Source: a virus
Direction: 5' to 3' (one strand)
DNA: 41,735 nt
Virus genome (UHGV): UHGV-1359735
In this document: positions 1 through 7,874 of the stretch, piece after piece
Numbering within the stretch: the stretch's first letter is position 1
How the letters are laid out: the number at the start of each line of letters is the position of its first letter
The notes under the pieces: generated by a model
The model's database searches: none
What the model was told of the DNA's origin: nothing
Seen by the model: only the letters and a program-made list of their open reading frames with translations
Program-made: the position numbers and the translations under genes

Positions 1-127
1 ACCTCTTATCATCTGCAACTTTCATCGCCTTAATGGCTGCTTTGCACTGCTCCATGCTCTGCATAGGAACCACCTGCATATTCGATGATTGGCTGCTGAT
101 GACGAAAATCAGGAAGAAGTACGGCAT
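1..127 (-). CDS. Hypothetical protein, 5' part (ORF runs off the left edge)
   Basis: ATG at 127..125 preceded by GGGAGGTGA SD; ATGA-type overlap with the stop of the upstream gene; 42 codons open to position 1. Confidence 0.4.
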   Translation of the reverse strand, partial: MPYFFLIFVISSQSSNMQVVPMQSMEQCKAAIKAMKVADDKR

Positions 128-324
128 CAGCTCACCTCCCGCTCAATGTCAGGAAGCACTGCTTTAACGGCTTCGCGGACCTCTTTCATTGAACGATCAA
201 ACCAGTTTACCGAGGTTGTATAACCGTCGAACTTCGCGCCTTTGGCATTAATTTTTGCTACCGTAATATCTCTGTCCGCATTAATCATCGCTACGGCTAC
301 AGCTTCAGGGATTTGGTTACTCAC
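127..324 (-). CDS. Hypothetical small phage protein (65 aa)
   Basis: ORF with GTG start preceded by GGAGGTGA SD; part of a tightly packed minus-strand operon. Confidence 0.5.
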   Translation of the reverse strand: MSNQIPEAVAVAMINADRDITVAKINAKGAKFDGYTTSVNWFDRSMKEVREAVKAVLPDIEREVS

Positions 325-455
325 CTTTCACCTCCAGACGCCAGACGGCCTGACCAATGCGGCTCTCGTGGGGACATTTGGATACCAGCCCCTCTTTCGC
401 CAGTTCGATAAGCTCTTTGCGGAGGTCGGCGCTCCTCCACTCTACCCCGGGGAAT

Positions 456-893
456 TTACGCTCCATCGCGCAGCGAGTCTGCCAGCCACTGCAAATTCAT
501 GATCTGCACGCCGATATTGCTGAACTTCTTCTCCAGGTGAGCGATGGCCTTCTCAACTCCGCGCGCCTCGGCTTCGGCTACGATGCGATCGGTGGCGGGG
601 GTTTCGACCTGCCACCACAGCAGATGCATCTTCGGCCCCTCAAAAGCGCCATCAGACTCATAACCACGCAATTCCTCCGATAGACAATCGTTCATAGCTT
701 TGATTGACATATTCTCCGCAGCCAGTTGAGCATTTTGGTCTGCCAGCATATTCCCGGTTTTTATGGCGGCATCCAGTGAAGCGCTGCAAATGCGAAACTC
801 TTTCGCCAGCTTCAGGAACTTCTGCTCTCTTATCGACAGCTCGCCTGCCGACTCCAGCGACTGAATGAGCTCGTTTACTGTTTCGATGTTCAT
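456..893 (-). CDS. Hypothetical phage protein (145 aa; likely start MNIETV...)
   Basis: ORF 456..953 with internal ATG at 893 that overlaps (ATGA) the stop of an upstream small ORF. Confidence 0.5.
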   Translation of the reverse strand: MNIETVNELIQSLESAGELSIREQKFLKLAKEFRICSASLDAAIKTGNMLADQNAQLAAENMSIKAMNDCLSEELRGYESDGAFEGPKMHLLWWQVETPATDRIVAEAEARGVEKAIAHLEKKFSNIGVQIMNLQWLADSLRDGA

Positions 894-1024
894 GCTGTCA
901 CCCACTCGATCGCCAGATAAGCAACATACAGGATGGCGACGATTGCCACCCACCCAATGATGTTTGCCACCATCACGAACAGCAGCAGAGAACGCCGGCT
1001 GTAATTCACGAAATCAAAATCCAT
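890..1024 (-). CDS. Small hydrophobic membrane peptide (44 aa)
   Basis: Not in ORF track (<60 aa). ATG at 1024 with GGGGGT SD; one predicted TM helix (LLLFVMVANIIGWVAIVAILYVAYLAI); stop overlaps the next start. Confidence 0.4.
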   Translation of the reverse strand: MDFDFVNYSRRSLLLFVMVANIIGWVAIVAILYVAYLAIEWVTA

Positions 1025-1085
1025 ACTTACCCCCGCTTACCCGTTTAACTTATTGATTCAATTGATATCAATGAAGATCGTTGTT

Positions 1086-1433
1086 TTAGAACTCTTCGAC
1101 CTTCCACCCGCCGCCGGCTTTTGCCGGTAGCTTCGTTACTCCGATGATCCGGAATGGGTACTGGTCGGCGGCGACTTTGGTTTTCACCCTGGCATCTTCA
1201 GTCCAGTAACCCCCCTTCACTTCGTGCATTTCCAGTTGGCCGTTTGCCAGCATCACAGCGAAGTCAGGCGTGTAGAACGTGTTGTCAGCCAGACGCAGCT
1301 TGATGCCTTCGAAACGGAACCAGGCGATTTCCCCGTAGCGCTTACGCAGCTCAAGGTTCTGGCAGTACGCCGTTTCGGTTTTGTTCATCTGGCCAGCTTT
1401 AAGCCGGCCAAGTGCCTGTAGTGTCTTTCGCAT
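1086..1433 (-). CDS. DUF1064-like putative PD-(D/E)XK nuclease
   Basis: 115 aa. Pattern ...FRFEGIKLRL..YTPDFAV...LEMHEVKGG... fits the D..E.K nuclease signature of DUF1064 proteins common in lambdoid nin regions. Confidence 0.6.
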   Translation of the reverse strand: MRKTLQALGRLKAGQMNKTETAYCQNLELRKRYGEIAWFRFEGIKLRLADNTFYTPDFAVMLANGQLEMHEVKGGYWTEDARVKTKVAADQYPFRIIGVTKLPAKAGGGWKVEEF

Positions 1434-1438
1434 GATTT

Positions 1439-1515
1439 TTACCTTATTGGTAATTTATAACCATAAACGGATCAATATCAATAGTCTTGCGCATATTTTA
1501 TTACCTTTTTGGTAA
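1439..1515. promoter_or_regulatory. Two operator-like palindromes (TTACCttattGGTAA 1439-1453; TTACCtttttGGTAA 1501-1515) between P-like and DUF1064 genes
   Basis: Perfect copies; a weak minus-strand terminator (GCGC-ttcc-GCGC + T7 on minus) lies at 1527-1550 just after the P-like gene. Confidence 0.5.
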
Positions 1516-1552
1516 ACATTAAGGCGTAAAAAAACGCGCTTCCGCGCCGGTA

Positions 1553-2338
1553 TTACTTGATGAGTCCTTCTGCCTTCCCTCGACGGTATTCCTCCATCAG
1601 CCACTGTGCCGGGGTTATACCTCCGAGTGTCGCCGCGTTAGGCATGCATCCGAAGCTTCTACCTGGTGGATGGTAGGTATTGCCACCGGGGTCTGGAGGG
1701 GTGCTTATAGGCTCTGGCTTCGACTGGATGCTCAGAATCGGATCAGGTATCTGATGACCTGCAGCGACCTTTGATGCCCATTCGTCAAGAAGCTTACGCG
1801 CATGTTTCTCAACCTCAATCTCACTTAACTGACGCTGGTACATCGCGCGCCTGGTATCGCACACAATCCAGTACATGACAGGGTGGCGCCACGGGAATTG
1901 TTCTGGTCCGCCAGGCTGTAGGCTTTTCTCCTTGGCGTAGCGGTGAAATTCCCCCATCACATCTTCGATGCTCACGCCAAGCACCATCTTGCTGTCTTTG
2001 CACCACTTGATGAATTGACCTGGTGACGGCCAGAACGGTGATTCACTGGCACGGGCATGGCGCATTCCTGCTGATACCTGCTCGCGGGTACGGATACCAC
2101 CTTCGGCGAAAGCGGCGATCCACTGGCGCTTGGCGTCGGTCTCCTGCTGTGCGGTCTTAAGGTTGGTCTGCTCTGCTGCCGGAAACAGTTGCTTGAGCTG
2201 TTTAAACAGGGCATCGACAAGTCTCTCTGCGCTGATGTTCACAACATTGTCTTGCTGAGCCTGGTGATTGTCCGGACCCATCATGCGAGCCAGGGCGCCG
2301 GCATCACGATTCTGAATTGCTGCGAATACGTTACTCAT
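1553..2338 (-). CDS. Replication protein P-like DnaB helicase loader
   Basis: Strong similarity to lambda P N-terminal region (RQW.AF.E.GI.T.EQV.AGMR.AR....PF.PSPGQF..WC); ATGA overlap with upstream O-like gene; SD GGAAGGA. Confidence 0.8.
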   Translation of the reverse strand: MSNVFAAIQNRDAGALARMMGPDNHQAQQDNVVNISAERLVDALFKQLKQLFPAAEQTNLKTAQQETDAKRQWIAAFAEGGIRTREQVSAGMRHARASESPFWPSPGQFIKWCKDSKMVLGVSIEDVMGEFHRYAKEKSLQPGGPEQFPWRHPVMYWIVCDTRRAMYQRQLSEIEVEKHARKLLDEWASKVAAGHQIPDPILSIQSKPEPISTPPDPGGNTYHPPGRSFGCMPNAATLGGITPAQWLMEEYRRGKAEGLIK

Positions 2339-3102
2339 AAGAAATCCTTCCAGCCTTCAGGGCTGTTCCAGTGTGGTACTTCATCGTCAGAGCTTTCACC
2401 GCGCTTTCCTGCCGCTCTTTTTTTCCTGTTCATCAGCAGCCGGGCAAACTTCTGCTCCCACTGCACGTGTTGCATCACATTGCCTTCTGCCATCCAGTAG
2501 GTGATGAATTCGATCAGGTCTGATTTCTTGTAACCGTCAGCTGGTAGCGCATGGCCCCATGTTCTGGCGCGCATGACAAAGTCCTCTGACGGCTTCCAGT
2601 TTTCATGCATGGTGAATTTGCCAATTGGCTCTCCGATACCATCAACGACAACCGGAGGGACTTGAATTACTTCGCGCGCAGAGAGAGGGGTTTTTATTTC
2701 CCTGATCCCTGATCCCTGATCCATTCCTAATGGTACTTGTACCGTATCAGTACCGTACTCATACGGTACTAGGGGTAAACCTTTGATTTTGCTTTCTTTT
2801 GGCTTATTCACTACCTGATGTTTAAGGAAATTAGTTATGACCCCAAAATGCTTGCCATCAGGGGTGGAAAACATGGATAAATAACCACAGTTGGAAAGCT
2901 CCCGTATTAGTACCGGAATAGGAACGGATGGTTCTCGGATAGGGAAAACTGCAGCTTTGATAAGCTTCGGGTTTGCATTGAAATAGCCTTCATCATCTGC
3001 GTAATTAAGCAGACCAATAGCCAGCAAGCAGGCTGGTTCTGATACCTCTGCCATGTCTTCATCGGTCCAGAACTCAGGCTTAATGGTGCGAATGCGGGCC
3101 AT
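2335..3102 (-). CDS. Replication initiator (O-like / DnaT-domain replisome organizer)
   Basis: N-terminus MARIRTIKPEFWTDEDM typical of phage replication initiators; C-terminal DnaT-like region; contains candidate iteron origin; directly upstream of P-like gene; SD GGAGGTGA. Confidence 0.7.
   Translation of the reverse strand: MARIRTIKPEFWTDEDMAEVSEPACLLAIGLLNYADDEGYFNANPKLIKAAVFPIREPSVPIPVLIRELSNCGYLSMFSTPDGKHFGVITNFLKHQVVNKPKESKIKGLPLVPYEYGTDTVQVPLGMDQGSGIREIKTPLSAREVIQVPPVVVDGIGEPIGKFTMHENWKPSEDFVMRARTWGHALPADGYKKSDLIEFITYWMAEGNVMQHVQWEQKFARLLMNRKKRAAGKRGESSDDEVPHWNSPEGWKDFL
2697..2810. repeat. Candidate origin of replication (iterons + AT-rich stretch) inside the O-like gene
   Basis: (CCCTGAT)x3 at 2700-2720; GTACCGTA x2 and inverted TACGGTAC at 2739-2769; then AT-rich ctttgattttgctttcttttggcttattc. 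Same arrangement as lambda ori within O. Confidence 0.5.
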
Positions 3103-3311
3103 CAGATCACCTCCACGGCATTACCTTTTGAGGCCTCATGCATTAGCCGTTTTATCTCAGCATGGCGGCGGCGGTTAGTCTCGAGGGTGCATTCGACACA
3201 ATGCCCGTTGTATACCCATCGCTCACTGTCATGGCCGTGCTTACATTGCTTACCGGTGTAGTAGCGCTTTAGTCCTGCCTTTGCCGCTTCGACGCGAGTA
3301 ATGATCTCCAT
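3102..3311 (-). CDS. Small Cys/His-rich protein (69 aa), possible Zn-binding
   Basis: ATG at 3311 with AGGA SD (the ORF-track TTG start is unlikely); C..H.H...HC..C motif; ATGA overlap with O-like start. Confidence 0.45.
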   Translation of the reverse strand: MEIITRVEAAKAGLKRYYTGKQCKHGHDSERWVYNGHCVECTLETNRRRHAEIKRLMHEASKGNAVEVI

Positions 3312-3457
3312 AGTTCCTGTCTCACTCTGGTTGTGGTTACGGTAATTTTGCAGCAAGCCAAAAAAAGATCAACCGTATTTGGATAATTATTACCAAATTG
3401 GTGTACAGGGAGAGGCAGGAGCCGCCTGGGGGTGGCGGCGCGGGTGAGTTTTAAGGA

Positions 3458-3691
3458 TTAACGTTCGTGGAACCAGAGGACCAGGTCGGATTTTGCGGAG
3501 ATCCACTTACGGGATTTGCAGGCTTTAAACAGTCCTTCTAACAGAGGTTTACGTGGAATTCTTCTACGACCAGTCAGGTGAACCTGAATGTAGTGGCTGG
3601 TCGTGCCGGCGTCACTTGCGAACTCTTCACGCTCTGCCGGAGAGAGGTCCAGCCAGCAGCGTTTGAAGTCAAATTTTTGCATATCGCTCAT
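3458..3691 (-). CDS. Cro/YdaS-like HTH regulator (first gene of rightward-equivalent early operon)
   Basis: 77 aa with HTH segment SDAGTTSHYIQVHLTGRRRIP; divergent from the repressor gene across an operator cluster. Confidence 0.55.
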   Translation of the reverse strand: MSDMQKFDFKRCWLDLSPAEREEFASDAGTTSHYIQVHLTGRRRIPRKPLLEGLFKACKSRKWISAKSDLVLWFHER

Positions 3692-3730
3692 ATTTTTTTA
3701 GTCCCGGACTAACTTTAGACAGCCTGATTA

Positions 3731-3791
3731 TTACCAATCTGGTGTAAAAATCAATGACTGTTACCTTTTTGGTAAGTTTACCTTTATGGTA
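3731..3791. promoter_or_regulatory. OR-like operator cluster (3 sites) between cro-like and repressor genes
   Basis: TTACCaatctGGTGT (3731-3745, degenerate), TTACCttttGGTAA (3761-3774), TTACCtttatGGTAA (3777-3791). Confidence 0.7.
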
Positions 3792-3845
3792 ATATTCTAT
3801 TAAATTTAATCAGTTAGGTAACAATTTCAGGCTAAAAAAATAGAA

Positions 3846-4427
3846 ATGAAAAGCATCTACGACATACGACGCGACAACCTCAACGAGATAATCCGGAAGG
3901 ATTTCGATAACACGCAACTCCGGTTTGCCGAGAGATTCAAAAAATCAGCGAATCTCGTTAACAGGTGGAGCAAGGGGACAAAAAATATCGGCGCCAACGC
4001 GGCACGCGAGATCGAGTCGTTCGCCGGGAAAGGTCGTTTCTGGCTGGATATCGACCATCTGTCAGATACCCCGACGCTGCCGGAGATTATCGACCCGCAG
4101 GAATGGAGTGTGGAAAAGCAGGCAGCGTTTACCCTTGGTGTATGGATGGGACAGCATCCGGATCTGAACTCAGAGAAAAAGGTTTCGGAAGCGGCCGGTA
4201 TCGGCCAGGCGACCGTAAATCGCATCCTGAACTGCGAAGGTTCCACCAGCATTGGCGTACTGTCGGCTATCGCCAGCGCGTTCGGCCGCGATGCATATGA
4301 GCTGATCCTGCCGCCTGGTAATGCTGGTCTGATTGACTATGACCACCATGAATACGCCGGGCTGCCGCAGGAAGAGAAAAACAAGATCGCCGCCTTCATC
4401 AAGTTCATCGTCAGCCAGAACCAGTAA
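3846..4427 (+). CDS. Immunity repressor with two XRE-type HTH domains, no S24 peptidase domain
   Basis: 193 aa with two HTH-like segments (res ~20-60 and ~118-165). Divergent to the cro-like gene across the operator cluster. No SD before the ATG, so possibly leaderless like lambda cI. Confidence 0.7.
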   Translation: MKSIYDIRRDNLNEIIRKDFDNTQLRFAERFKKSANLVNRWSKGTKNIGANAAREIESFAGKGRFWLDIDHLSDTPTLPEIIDPQEWSVEKQAAFTLGVWMGQHPDLNSEKKVSEAAGIGQATVNRILNCEGSTSIGVLSAIASAFGRDAYELILPPGNAGLIDYDHHEYAGLPQEEKNKIAAFIKFIVSQNQ

Positions 4428-4482
4428 CCTCTAACCTACCTGTCACTCCTGCCGGTGGGATAACTCCCCGCGCCTCATGCAC

Positions 4483-4634
4483 TTACCAAAATGGTAAACT
4501 TTTCCTCATCAAATCTATTGACACAACCATAAATTGATCAGATTATTACCTTAACGGTAACAACAGGGCGTTAAATTACCAGAAACCCACCATCGGGTGG
4601 ATTTCTCATACCCCTGATATTTACCAAATGGTAA
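4483..4634. promoter_or_regulatory. OL-like operator cluster plus PL-like promoter
   Basis: TTACCaaaatGGTAA 4483-4497; TTGACA(4518-4523)-17bp-GATTAT(4541-4546); TTACCttaacGGTAA 4546-4560 overlaps -10/+1; half site 4576-4580; TTACCaaatGGTAA 4621-4634; hairpin CCCACCatcGGGTGG at 4585-4600. Confidence 0.65.
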
Positions 4635-4647
4635 TAGTGAGGTGTGT

Positions 4648-4797
4648 ATGCAATGGCAAATCATTAACGGCTGGTACTGCGTTACGGCATGCGGGCTGAT
4701 GAGCTGGAAGTTTCGCACGCTGCCGGAAGCAATCAGCTGGGCGTTCGTCAGCAAACTGGCAGCAAAAACGGAAATGGGTATGGGGGTGAGCAAGTGA
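4648..4797 (+). CDS. Small ORF (49 aa), first gene of early-left operon
   Basis: Not in track. ATG 4648 after GTGAGG SD; aromatic/hydrophobic; stop TGA overlaps GTG start of the next ORF. Confidence 0.3.
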   Translation: MQWQIINGWYCVTACGLMSWKFRTLPEAISWAFVSKLAAKTEMGMGVSK

Positions 4798-5093
4798 ACA
4801 TTCAGCAGATTAACAACCTGAAAAAAATCATGAACAACATCGACGGCGATTACCAGCTTAACCAGATGCTGTACGAGCGCCACGTCGAGCTTATCGACGC
4901 GATCAAGTTCCATCAGCTGCAAAAGCCATTCTACGAACTGGAGCGCAAAGGCGTGCGCAGCGAGCTTCTGGAAGAGCTGATGATGAGCTCTGAGTTTGAA
5001 GAATGCCTGGCCGCGTATCAGCGGGAACTCACCGGCATCATTGCCAAGTGGGATCTGGCTGACCAGCTGGATACGGCGAGGAACGCAGCATGA
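4794..5093 (+). CDS. Hypothetical protein (~99 aa)
   Basis: GTG at 4794 preceded by GGGGGTGAG; in frame with track ORF 4689..5093; ATGA overlap with exonuclease gene. Confidence 0.45.
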   Translation: MNIQQINNLKKIMNNIDGDYQLNQMLYERHVELIDAIKFHQLQKPFYELERKGVRSELLEELMMSSEFEECLAAYQRELTGIIAKWDLADQLDTARNAA

Positions 5094-5989
5094 TGAATAA
5101 CGTTGGCAGCATGGACAGAACCAAGTATCTCGGCGGCAGTGATGTCGCCGGTATTCTCGGGATTAGCCCGTGGCGCACTCCGCTTGAGGTTTACCTCGAC
5201 AAAGTTCAGCCACGCAATAAGCCAATAGATCCAGGGAAACAGAGAGTGTTTACGCGTGGCCAGCGTATGGAGCCATACGTAATCGACCTGCTGGCTGAAG
5301 AAACAGGACTCGAAATCATCCACCGCGGGAACCGGTACATCCACCGTGATTACGGCTTTATCGCAGCTGAGATTGATGCAGAAGCAGCTACCGGAGAGAA
5401 CATCGAGATCAAAACGGTTAGCCCGTTCAAGGCTAAGGAATGGGGAGAGGTTCAGACAGATGCGATCCCTGTGCATTACACGGCGCAGGCCATGCATGGG
5501 CTGATGGTTACCGGGAAACAGGTATGCGTATTTGGTGTGCTGATCGGCGGTGATGACTTCCGTATCTATCGGGTGGAGCGTGACGAAGAAACCATCCAGG
5601 CCATCCTGGAGAAAGAAGTCTCCTTCTGGGACAGGGTGATAAACCTCAACCCGCCGGAGGCCACCAGCGTAAGCGATATTTCGCTGATGTTTGAGAAGGA
5701 CGCCGGTACCAGTATTGAGGCAGACGGTAAAGCTCTGTCGCTATACAACGACCTTAGAGATATGAAGTCACGCTGCAAAGCGCTGGAAGCAGAAATAGCT
5801 GTATCAGAAGAGAAACTGAAGATTTATATGCAGGATAACTCAATTCTGACGCTGGATGGTAAGCCGATCTGCACATGGAAATCTCAGGTTAGCAATCGAT
5901 TTGACCAAAAGATATTCCAGGCAGAACACCCTGCCCTTTACGAAAAATTCAAAACAGCAACGACATCACGCGTATTCAGAATGAAGTAA
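5090..5989 (+). CDS. YqaJ-like viral recombination exonuclease (lambda Exo-type PD-(D/E)XK)
   Basis: N-terminal YLGGSDVAGILGISPWRTPLEVY motif characteristic of the YqaJ domain; paired with RecT downstream. Confidence 0.85.
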   Translation: MMNNVGSMDRTKYLGGSDVAGILGISPWRTPLEVYLDKVQPRNKPIDPGKQRVFTRGQRMEPYVIDLLAEETGLEIIHRGNRYIHRDYGFIAAEIDAEAATGENIEIKTVSPFKAKEWGEVQTDAIPVHYTAQAMHGLMVTGKQVCVFGVLIGGDDFRIYRVERDEETIQAILEKEVSFWDRVINLNPPEATSVSDISLMFEKDAGTSIEADGKALSLYNDLRDMKSRCKALEAEIAVSEEKLKIYMQDNSILTLDGKPICTWKSQVSNRFDQKIFQAEHPALYEKFKTATTSRVFRMK

Positions 5990-5998
5990 GGAGAAAAC

Positions 5999-7021
5999 AT
6001 GTCTACCAACGCACTTAAGGCAGCTGCGACAGGAAACCAGGTCGCGCAGCATAGCGATAAACCAACCACTCTGGCTGGCTTGCTCGCAGATCCAAAAATT
6101 AAGGCTCAGATGGCGCTGGCTCTTCCAAAGCACATGACAGCCGACCGCCTTGCGCGCATCGCTACTACAGAGATCCGCAAGATCCCAAAACTGGCGGCCT
6201 GTGACCAGGCCAGCTTCCTCGGGGCGATTATGCAATGTGCTCAACTCGGTCTTGAGCCAGGCGGCGCACTTGGCCATGCATACCTGATTCCGTTCGACAA
6301 ACGGCAGAAAGTAAATGGCCGCTGGGAAACTGTATCGACAGAAGCGCAGCTGATTATTGGTTATCGGGGAATGATTGACCTCGCCCGCCGGTCAGGTCAA
6401 ATCCTGAGCATATCAGCGCGCACAGTCCATGCGAACGACAAATTCAGTTACTCATACGGGCTGGAAGAAACGCTCGAGCATTCACCTTGCGAGACCGGTG
6501 ACCGAGGAGAACTTACGCATGTTTACGCCGTTGCACGCCTGAAAGATGGCGGTGTTCAGTTCGAAGTTATGAGCCGGGCAGACGTTGAGAAAGTTCGTGC
6601 CCTGAGCAAAGCCGGAAGCAGCGGACCGTGGGTGGACCACTTTGACGAGATGGCCAAAAAGACGGTGATCCGTCGCCTGTTTAAATACCTGCCTGTTTCT
6701 ATCGAACTGCAAAAAGCGGTTGTGATGGATGAACGAGCTGAAGCCGGCCTGAGCCAGGATAACGCAGCTGTTATCACCGGTGAGTATTCCGTCGTAGACG
6801 ATGAGCAGCAGAGCATGACAGCAGTTTCTGAATCTGATCGAGAAGAAGCACGTGAATACGCTAGCGCCATTCTGAACAACCTTGATCCTTCTGTGGATGA
6901 TGCAAAGGCGCTTTTTAAGCGGGCAGAAGACGAAATAAACGCACTGGCTGAAAAGTTAGGCGATGAATACCACCAGGGATTCATGACGACGCTTAACGAT
7001 ATGCGTCCTGAATTTGCATAA
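5999..7021 (+). CDS. recT: RecT-family ssDNA annealing recombinase
   Basis: 340 aa; RecT motifs (GYRGMIDLARRSG, acidic C-terminal tail); AAGGAG SD. Confidence 0.9.
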   Translation: MSTNALKAAATGNQVAQHSDKPTTLAGLLADPKIKAQMALALPKHMTADRLARIATTEIRKIPKLAACDQASFLGAIMQCAQLGLEPGGALGHAYLIPFDKRQKVNGRWETVSTEAQLIIGYRGMIDLARRSGQILSISARTVHANDKFSYSYGLEETLEHSPCETGDRGELTHVYAVARLKDGGVQFEVMSRADVEKVRALSKAGSSGPWVDHFDEMAKKTVIRRLFKYLPVSIELQKAVVMDERAEAGLSQDNAAVITGEYSVVDDEQQSMTAVSESDREEAREYASAILNNLDPSVDDAKALFKRAEDEINALAEKLGDEYHQGFMTTLNDMRPEFA

Positions 7022-7071
7022 CACCACCACCGCGGCGCGCCCGGCGCCGCACTGAAAAAAGAGAGGTAACG

Positions 7072-7320
7072 ATGAAAGGTGCATTAGGCAAAAAGGAACT
7101 GCTGGCGGTGGTGCCTGTATCGATGAGCACTATCGACCGCATGGAGAAAAACGGGGAGTTCCCGAAGCGTTTCTGGATCACAGACAAGCGCTGTGCCTGG
7201 AACAGCGAAGAGATCGAGCGCTGGCTGGATGAACGTCAGCAGAACGGCACAACGGAGTTTGCTGGAAAAAAGCCTCCGGTTGAGCAGCGAGTATTTCGCC
7301 CGGTTGGTAACGCGGCGTGA
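7072..7320 (+). CDS. AlpA-family HTH regulator / excisionase-like
   Basis: 82 aa; LLAVVPVSMSTIDRMEKNGEFPKRFWITDKRCAW matches the AlpA/MerR-like phage excisionase family; GAGAGG SD. Confidence 0.7.
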   Translation: MKGALGKKELLAVVPVSMSTIDRMEKNGEFPKRFWITDKRCAWNSEEIERWLDERQQNGTTEFAGKKPPVEQRVFRPVGNAA

Positions 7321-7429
7321 CGTCGCTGGCGAGGTACTGGGAAAGGTGGTCAGGATGGTTTCTGTACCTGGCCGCCGTATCCGCCTGGCTGTTCCTGCTG
7401 GCGGTCATTTTTCGAGAGGGTTGGATACG

Positions 7430-7723
7430 ATGAATCGGATGGAAAAATACCACGCGGATTATGTCTCTCAGCGCAAAGCGCCCCCTCTTGTCGCCGTAAC
7501 GCCGGCGGCAATGGAGATCGAGCAGCGCGCTATTGCTCGCGAGAACAAAGGCCAGTACCGCCTGGCCGCTCGCCTCTGGCTTGAGTGCATGGATGCGGCC
7601 ACTGGCGAGGTTGAGCGGGCCCGTATCGCTATACGCCGAGATCAGTGCATTGGCCGCGGGAACCGGCTTCGCCAGGGATGCTATGCCGGGATCTGCGCCA
7701 CAGCCGGGGTGATTTATGACTAA
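7430..7723 (+). CDS. PerC-like transcriptional activator (98 aa)
   Basis: ATG 7430 after GAGAGGG SD; motif A.RE..G.YRLAARLWLECM resembles PerC/ANR family proteins common in enterobacterial prophages. Confidence 0.45.
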   Translation: MNRMEKYHADYVSQRKAPPLVAVTPAAMEIEQRAIARENKGQYRLAARLWLECMDAATGEVERARIAIRRDQCIGRGNRLRQGCYAGICATAGVIYD

Positions 7724-7874
7724 CCCACACGACAGCATTCGCGTAGGCAGTATCACGCTGGTTTATTCGTCCGTGCGCCGTGGCTGGCTGGCGCCCGGCG
7801 GCCAGGTTATCCAGAACCCGCTGAAGGCTCAGCGCCTGGCGGAGCAACTGAATAGCAAGAAGGTGGCAGCATGA
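7716..7874 (+). CDS. Small ORF (52 aa), translationally coupled
   Basis: Not in track. ATG 7716 after GGGGTGA; start overlaps PerC-like stop and stop overlaps ASCH start (ATGA). Confidence 0.3.
   Translation: MTNPHDSIRVGSITLVYSSVRRGWLAPGGQVIQNPLKAQRLAEQLNSKKVAA

Noticed and set aside
2700-2720. CRISPR-like tandem repeat (CCCTGAT)x3
   Set aside because: Only three 7-bp units with no spacers and inside a coding region. It is better explained as replication-origin iterons.
3357-3457. Terminator at GGAGCCGCCtgggggtGGCGGCGCGG between the 69-aa gene and cro-like gene
   Set aside because: A GC hairpin is present but lacks a following T-run on either strand. It may be an RNA processing or structure element. 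It carries a degenerate operator copy (3390-3404) but was not called a terminator.
4648-4797. Lambda N-like antiterminator as the first early-left gene
   Set aside because: The 49-aa product is aromatic/hydrophobic, not Arg-rich. No boxA/boxB pair is evident beyond one short hairpin.
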